Below are positions 51,363-56,875 of a stretch of DNA of 56,875 bases, piece after piece (within the stretch, counting starts at the first letter, position 1; each line of letters opens with the position of its first letter). Source of the DNA: an uncultured Ardenticatenales bacterium (GTDB lineage Bacteria; Chloroflexota; Anaerolineae; Ardenticatenales; JAADHH01); NCBI GenBank assembly GCA_964508275.1, contig CAZDTE010000001.1, forward strand, positions 26,941 to 83,815. The letters are read 5' to 3'. The notes under the pieces were generated by a model. That model was not told where the DNA came from, made no database searches, and worked only from the letters and a program-made list of their open reading frames with translations. Both the position numbers and the translations under genes were made by a program.

Positions 51363-52701
51363 CTTGGTCCCCACTCAATCTTTTGCTACGCAGGCCCAAA
51401 CCCGCGAAAAACCACATGTAACTGGCCACAGGAATCTCGAACAGAGCCGGAATGAAATTGGCCGCTGCGGACAGGCCCAAGAGCGCGGCCAAGCCGGCGA
51501 CCGGCAGCGCTCGCCGCCTATCGTCGCGCTCCTCCCTGATCCTGTTGAACAATGCGCCCGTTGCTGAACCGACTAGGAGGAGATAGAGACCCAAGCCCGG
51601 AACCCCTTTCTCCATCGCCACCTGAAGGTAGTAGCTCTCGCTGGCCAATTGCAACTTACCCCCAAACCGCTGCGTGCGAGAGCCAACCGTTCCCAAGCCG
51701 CTTCCCAGTGGGTGAGCGATCACAAAGTCGATCCCCTTCTGAAACGAGGGAATCCGGGAACGGGCCGAAGGGTCCTTCATCGTGATCGTGTCCACCAGCC
51801 GATCCGTCAGGTGGAACCGCCAGGCGACGGGGGCCAGTGCCAGCAGGATGATCGTGCCCCCCACCACCCACACCGTTTTGTTCGATGCGAAAACAAACGA
51901 AATCAACAGCCCGACGGCCAGCGCGATCCAGGCGCTGCGGGACAGGGTGAACAGCAGGGTTACGAGACAGACGGTGCTCACCGCCAGAAAGGCCCAGCGC
52001 CTCCGGTCCGATGCGCGTATGGCCAGGTTCACGCCGCCCAGAATGATGGCGGCCAGATAGAAACCAAGATGGTTCGGCGTGGTCAGCGTGGACGTAGCCC
52101 GTGGAAAGTGGAACCGGTACGCTAGGTAGGCGTTGGGAATGGTGCCGTCGGGATTGGCGTAGTATTGGTGCAGGAACGGGATCCGCAACACCAGCGCCTG
52201 GTACAGCCCGAAGAGGGCCACGCCAGCGGCAACGGCGAAGACGACCCACAAGACGCGACGCCACTGCTCGCGAGAGAGGGGCAGCAGTGCGGCCAACGCA
52301 AGAACGGCCAGCGGCTCCAAGTCCCCGCGAAACGCGTAGATGCCCAGCAGGCGGTTGGGGGCCAGCAGCAAGTACACCGTTACCCAGGCGGCGTAGAAGC
52401 CGGCCGCCACCCAGAACGGTCGCCAACGGAACCGGACCGCCCCTTGCCACCACAGCCATACCAGCGCTACCAGCAGGGCGGCCAGGAGCCCATCCTTCAC
52501 CAGGCCCACGCCCAACAGGACCGCACCCGGCAGATGAAGCGCCCTTTCGAGCAGCCGGGTGACTAACGGCATCACCGGGAAGAGTATCATGAGCAGGGCC
52601 ATCACCACCGCCGCTAAGCGCACCACGCGCACGTACGGAACCTGTCGCTCCGCTTGCCCAGCTCCTGGATCAACGAACGTTCTTGCCTCAGCTTCTAACA
52701 C
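51355..52701 (-). CDS. O-antigen ligase/polymerase-family (Wzy_C) membrane protein
   Basis: Polytopic. LFTLSRSAWIALAVGLLISF and ESYYLQVAMEKGVPGLGLYLLLV match the Wzy_C signature as I recall it. GTG start. Confidence 0.8.
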   Translation of the reverse strand: MLEAEARTFVDPGAGQAERQVPYVRVVRLAAVVMALLMILFPVMPLVTRLLERALHLPGAVLLGVGLVKDGLLAALLVALVWLWWQGAVRFRWRPFWVAAGFYAAWVTVYLLLAPNRLLGIYAFRGDLEPLAVLALAALLPLSREQWRRVLWVVFAVAAGVALFGLYQALVLRIPFLHQYYANPDGTIPNAYLAYRFHFPRATSTLTTPNHLGFYLAAIILGGVNLAIRASDRRRWAFLAVSTVCLVTLLFTLSRSAWIALAVGLLISFVFASNKTVWVVGGTIILLALAPVAWRFHLTDRLVDTITMKDPSARSRIPSFQKGIDFVIAHPLGSGLGTVGSRTQRFGGKLQLASESYYLQVAMEKGVPGLGLYLLLVGSATGALFNRIREERDDRRRALPVAGLAALLGLSAAANFIPALFEIPVASYMWFFAGLGLRSKRLSGDQDG

Positions 52702-52722
52702 AGGCGGCCACTCCTTTGCCGT

Positions 52723-55700
52723 TCACTCTACACCCATCTGCTGCAACCGCTCTTGGGCGATGGGGTCGTTTGGATCGAGCGCCAGCATGGTGCGGTAGGC
52801 CTGGATGGCGTCCTCGCGAGGCCGACCGGCCAGGCGGTAGAAGTCCCCAAGAGCCAGCCAGGCAAAGCGATAGCTCGGCATCAGTCTGGTCGCTTCCTGC
52901 GTCTCGCGGATCGCTTCCTCCCATTGCTTCTGCGCGCCATGAGCCTGCCCCAGCCACCAGTGGCCGGTGGCCGAATCCGGATGAATGGAGATGGTCTGTT
53001 GCAAGCATTGCTCGGCCTTCACGAAATCCTCCTGAGACATGGCGATCTGGCCGCACAGCATCCAGGCCTCCCAGAAGCGGGGGGCCAGCGTGGTGGCCTG
53101 ATCGAGCGCGAGCGCAGCAGCTTCCGAGTCGCCGGTTTCCGTCAGCGCACGGGCCAGCGAGTAGTAAGCCTGTGCATCGGACGGGTTCAGGGCCACGACC
53201 TGGCGGTAACTCTCCACCGCGGCCGCGTAGTCTCCACCGTCGAAGGCCAATTGACCGCGAAGATTCCAGGCCTCTGCATCGCCGGGAGTCGTTGCCAGCA
53301 AGCGATCTAACGCGGCACGAGCCCCCGCCGGATCTCCGGCATCCTGATAGGCTTTCAGCAGGCGATTGAAGGCTTCACGGTCGCGCGGGTCACTGTCCAG
53401 CATCACTTGATAGGCTCGAAGGGCGTCGTCCAGGTGCCCACCGGCCAGGCGATAGAAATCGCCCAGGGCGAGCCAGGCCAGACGGTATCCGGGCTCCAGC
53501 CGGGTCGCTTCCTGCGTCTCGCGGATCGCCTCCTCCCATTGCTTCTGCGCGCCATGAGCCTGCCCCAGCCACCAGTGGCCGGTGGCCAGGTCGGGGGCGA
53601 TGGAGACGACGGTTCGAAAACTGTGTTCTGCCGAAAGGAAGTAATCTTGCGCCATGTCGATTTGACCCTGCAGGTACCAGGCCCATGGTTGGGTGGGGAA
53701 GTGCTCCGACAGATAGCGCACCCACTGCTGGGCCAACTCAACCTGGTCAGCGTTCAGCCATTTCCTACCCGCCTCGATGGCCAGGAACGGGTTCTCCCGA
53801 TTCATCGCCACCGCTTGCTTGAAGATCTGCTGGGCCGACCACGCATCTCCGTCCACAAGATACGCGCTCCAGCCCAGCGCCAGAACGGTTCGTGCCTCCG
53901 GTTCCAGATCGACCGAGGCCTGGAAATCGTCTCTGGCTGCCGCATGATCCCCTTGGGCGAAAAGAATCTGCCCTCGGCGGCGGTAGGCGTCGGCCTGCTC
54001 ATGCACTCGCCCAGCGAAATCGTCGAGCTCCAGCGCCTGGCGGTACGCGTCGAGGGCAGCCGCTGTTTGCCCCTGCGCCTGAAGAATCCGCCCGCGACGG
54101 TAAATCGCGCGGCTATGCTGTGGGGCCAGGCGGATGGCCAGGTCGTAGAAGCGCGCGGCTCTCTCCAGATCGCCATTCACCTCTGCCGACCAACCTTGCC
54201 ACAGGAGGAAGGGGTAGGCCCGGTCGTCGTGTCGCCACGCTTCCAGGGCCTGATCCTCACTGCCGAGCAGAAGGTGACTCCGGCCAACGCGTCGCCATTT
54301 TTCTGCTTCTGCCCAGGGGAACGTCGTCCCGGACTGTAGGTCCGTCAGTGCGTCACGGGTCATGCGCTCCCGGTCGGAAGGCGGCAGATCGTTAGAGAGC
54401 AAGACCCGGTCGAGACGCAGCGCACCCCGACTGGCCCGCGCCGGCCCGGGGCCAAGGGCGGTGGAGCCTGCAAGCAGCACGGCCAGCAGGCCTAAGGCGA
54501 TGCCCATCTGCCGGGTGCGGCGGGGCCAGATCGTGTCGGACTCCAGATCGGACGCGTGGGCTACCATCGCCCCGAGAATCAGCCAATAGGCCAGGCTGGG
54601 CTTCGACCCCACGGTCACGGCATCGAGTAAGCCGAAGATCAGGTAACCGCACATGCCGGCGACGAGCCCTCGCACATACCAGCGGGCCGCACGCCCCCGT
54701 GTCCGGCGATAGGCGCGACCGGCCAAAACGAAGAACAGGACATTCATCATCAGGAAGGCGATCAGTCCGAACCAGCCTAGATCGGTTCCCACTTGCAGAA
54801 ACAGATTGTGGGCGTGCGTGATAGGGAAGCGAGGGTCAACTTTGTCGTAGGGATAGTTTGCCTTGCTCACCGCGGTGAAGGTGGCCAGGCCCGATCCGGT
54901 GAACGGGTAATCCCAGAGGCTATCCCATGCGTTCTGCCAGATCTCGCGCCGCACGCTCCAGGTGCTGCCCGAACGGCCTGGTCGGTTGGCCGTGCTCCGA
55001 TCCAAAGAGATCAGCAGATCCCCAGAGGTCGTGAATGTCGTCATCGTTGTTTGCTGTGCGGCTCCCGAAGAGGCGGTTGGAGGCGTGGAGTACAATTGGC
55101 TGGCGGACAAGAGAACGATTCCAAGCAAGGGGAGAATTGCCACGGACATCCAGCGGCGGCGACTGCCGGCGATTAGGATCACCAGAGCCACCGACATCGC
55201 GATCAGTGCCGCGCGCGACTGGGTGAGCACCAACGTCATGGCGGCGATGAATAGAACGCCGACCGTCAGCCAGGCCTCGGCGGCGCGTCGCGACACTCCG
55301 CCAACGGTCTGGGGGGACGAGGTGTCCGGGAGAGTCAACGCCAGAGCCGCAGCCAGGGTGATAGGAACCAGCATCGCCAGGGTGCCGCCCACTTCATTGG
55401 GATGAAACCCGCCGGCGCGGATTGAGCCGGGCACATTTCCCACCCAGCGAGGTAGGTGGCCATAGATGGTGCCCAGCGGAAGCAGCTTGGAGGAGAACCA
55501 GTCGGTGCCCACCAGTCCCAACAGGCAAACGCCGGCCGTCAGGGTGGTCAGGATGGTCATCAACTGTGGCCGCAGATGGCCCTGAGCTGGACGGTTTACC
55601 GCTGCATAGAAGATCGCCATCCCCAACAGGATCGTGGTCAGTTTTGGCAGGCTGGTCCCCCAGTCTGTGGAGGCCCAAAGGCTGAACGGAAGCAACGCCA

Positions 55701-55944
55701 GCAGCATGAAGACGGGTGCGTCCATAACGGTGGGCCGCGTGACGTGTCCTCGCGCCTTCCAGCGGGCGATCCACAGCCCCGGGAGCAGAGCCAGGGCAAG
55801 CATAGTCAGCGTGCGGGAGAAAAAGGGGAACAGCAGAAATGGGGCTACCACGGCCAGAAGCAATGGCTCCAGGACCACGACCCGTCTGCAGAGGCTGAAG
55901 GCGATCTTGTCGAAGAGCGGAACGCTCTCAAGCTGGTAGCTCAT
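52723..55944 (-). CDS. O-antigen ligase/polymerase-like membrane domain fused to a roughly 550-600-aa TPR-repeat domain
   Basis: N-terminal half: LVLTQSRAALIAMSVALVILIAG, THAHNLFLQVGTDLGWFGLIAF (Wzy_C-like), about 12 TM. C-terminal half: many 34-aa TPR units (WWLGQAHGAQKQWEEAIRETQEATRL..., AYYSLARALTETGDSEAAALALDQA...). Confidence 0.82.
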   Translation of the reverse strand: MSYQLESVPLFDKIAFSLCRRVVVLEPLLLAVVAPFLLFPFFSRTLTMLALALLPGLWIARWKARGHVTRPTVMDAPVFMLLALLPFSLWASTDWGTSLPKLTTILLGMAIFYAAVNRPAQGHLRPQLMTILTTLTAGVCLLGLVGTDWFSSKLLPLGTIYGHLPRWVGNVPGSIRAGGFHPNEVGGTLAMLVPITLAAALALTLPDTSSPQTVGGVSRRAAEAWLTVGVLFIAAMTLVLTQSRAALIAMSVALVILIAGSRRRWMSVAILPLLGIVLLSASQLYSTPPTASSGAAQQTTMTTFTTSGDLLISLDRSTANRPGRSGSTWSVRREIWQNAWDSLWDYPFTGSGLATFTAVSKANYPYDKVDPRFPITHAHNLFLQVGTDLGWFGLIAFLMMNVLFFVLAGRAYRRTRGRAARWYVRGLVAGMCGYLIFGLLDAVTVGSKPSLAYWLILGAMVAHASDLESDTIWPRRTRQMGIALGLLAVLLAGSTALGPGPARASRGALRLDRVLLSNDLPPSDRERMTRDALTDLQSGTTFPWAEAEKWRRVGRSHLLLGSEDQALEAWRHDDRAYPFLLWQGWSAEVNGDLERAARFYDLAIRLAPQHSRAIYRRGRILQAQGQTAAALDAYRQALELDDFAGRVHEQADAYRRRGQILFAQGDHAAARDDFQASVDLEPEARTVLALGWSAYLVDGDAWSAQQIFKQAVAMNRENPFLAIEAGRKWLNADQVELAQQWVRYLSEHFPTQPWAWYLQGQIDMAQDYFLSAEHSFRTVVSIAPDLATGHWWLGQAHGAQKQWEEAIRETQEATRLEPGYRLAWLALGDFYRLAGGHLDDALRAYQVMLDSDPRDREAFNRLLKAYQDAGDPAGARAALDRLLATTPGDAEAWNLRGQLAFDGGDYAAAVESYRQVVALNPSDAQAYYSLARALTETGDSEAAALALDQATTLAPRFWEAWMLCGQIAMSQEDFVKAEQCLQQTISIHPDSATGHWWLGQAHGAQKQWEEAIRETQEATRLMPSYRFAWLALGDFYRLAGRPREDAIQAYRTMLALDPNDPIAQERLQQMGVE

Positions 55945-56261
55945 CTAGGAGTTACTTGACCGGTTGGGTGTTGCGCCACGTGACTGCGCCCAAATCCCTC
56001 CACCAAGAAAACAGCGCTCCCAAAATCGTGGTACGTGAGGGCAATTGGCCAAATTCACCACGCCCCACGGGGGCACAAGCTCTTGGGTACGTTTGGATTC
56101 TGGAACTCCCTCGCCCGCCCCAACGGACACGGCCTGAACGTCTAGGCCGGGTGCGGCCTCGCAACGGCGTTGGCGGCAACTGAGGAGGCCATCGTCGCCG
56201 GCACGTCAGGGAACGTTGCGGGCTGCAAGCCTCTTCTGCTCGGACGCAACTCCCGACACCT

Positions 56262-56654
56262 TCACCCTGCCTTTTCCTGAACGCGGGCCAGGAAGCGGTC
56301 CACATCGATGATCATGCGCTGGTGACTCCCCTGGCCGATCTTCTCTTGCTCATCAAAGGCTTCCACATTGAACACCAGCCGGCGGCGGTCAACCTCGACA
56401 AGCTCTGCCTTCGCCGTAACCTTCATGCCCACCGGAGTTGGCGCCAGGTGCTGGATGTCCAAGGTAATGCCAACTGTGTCCTGGCCCGGCTCCAGACGGG
56501 GCGCAACGGCCTTGAGGGCCGCCTCTTCCATCAGAGCCACCATCAGCGGGGTGGAATAAACGAGCAGCTTGCCGCTCTTCAGGTGTTCTGCCGTGTGTTC
56601 CTCAGCCACGACCAGCGTGGCATCACACTGTAACCCAGGTTCAATCTGGCTCAC
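56262..56654 (-). CDS. Hotdog-fold thioesterase (small, fluoroacetyl-CoA-thioesterase-like / PaaI-type family)
   Basis: The ORF track starts at TTG 56672, but AAGGAGG precedes GTG 56654. HTAEHLKSGKLLVYSTPLMVALMEEAALKAV...GITLDIQHLAPTPVGMKVTAKAELVEVDRRRLVFNVEAFDEQEKIGQGSHQR. Confidence 0.75.
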   Translation of the reverse strand: MSQIEPGLQCDATLVVAEEHTAEHLKSGKLLVYSTPLMVALMEEAALKAVAPRLEPGQDTVGITLDIQHLAPTPVGMKVTAKAELVEVDRRRLVFNVEAFDEQEKIGQGSHQRMIIDVDRFLARVQEKAG

Positions 56655-56875
56655 TGTCTCCTCCTTGTGCAATCACAAAAACAAGGCATGGTTCGGGATG
56701 GCCTGAAAACGGGCTGACGAATTGCGTTTTGCTGCCGCCAGGGATCCGTGTGAGGCGTGTGGCGTGAAGAGAGCCCTATTCACGTTTCACGGGTTTTGGC
56801 TGCGCGAGCAGTAGCAATTCGTTAGACAGCCGTCTTGTATCTGCTCAATATTCCGGGGTGAGCAGGACGTCAAGC

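Overview
High-GC bacterial chromosomal window, densely coded, with many GTG/TTG starts. The gene repertoire (DUF2079, GT39, DNRLRE and GEVED domains, beta-helix surface proteins) suggests a Chloroflexota-like organism, but that is inference only. I support about 45 protein genes. Left end: a GT39-like glycosyltransferase that runs off the window, hpf, and a DUF2079 / Wzx-like flippase / GT4 envelope-glycan group. Middle left: a secreted 7-repeat propeller-like protein, mgtE behind a structured terminator-containing leader, glgA, and a minus-strand LysM-PD40 / MscS / GT4 / thioesterase / membrane-protein group. Next come a Phd-RelE type TA pair whose toxin carries an in-frame amber codon, a TetR-MFS-MFP-RND efflux operon and an OmpR/histidine-kinase pair. 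A 1459-aa secreted DNRLRE + 2xGEVED + metzincin protein follows; its TTG start is embedded in the 3' end of an internally deleted type IIG R-M remnant. After it sit three tandem paralogous membrane-protein genes of no family I can name. Then a housekeeping block (SAM-MTase, coaD, Cof-HAD, tRNA-Arg(TCT), mutL, epimerase, CBS protein); a decayed mobile island lies next to the tRNA. Right end: a long minus-strand surface-polysaccharide locus (Wzy-TPR fusion, Wzy-like, GT2, acetyltransferase, fused GT4-GT4) followed by two paralogous parallel-beta-helix proteins with dockerin-like tails. Non-coding highlights: a family of C-tract/G-tract hairpin repeats including one MITE-like copy flanked by 21-bp direct repeats, about a dozen near-consensus TTGACA-N17-TATAAT promoters, two palindromic operator-like sites, and four GTTAA boxes phased at exactly 11 bp. 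The most novel candidates are the membrane-protein trio and the Wzy-TPR / beta-helix-dockerin glycan locus. No function is proven from sequence alone.
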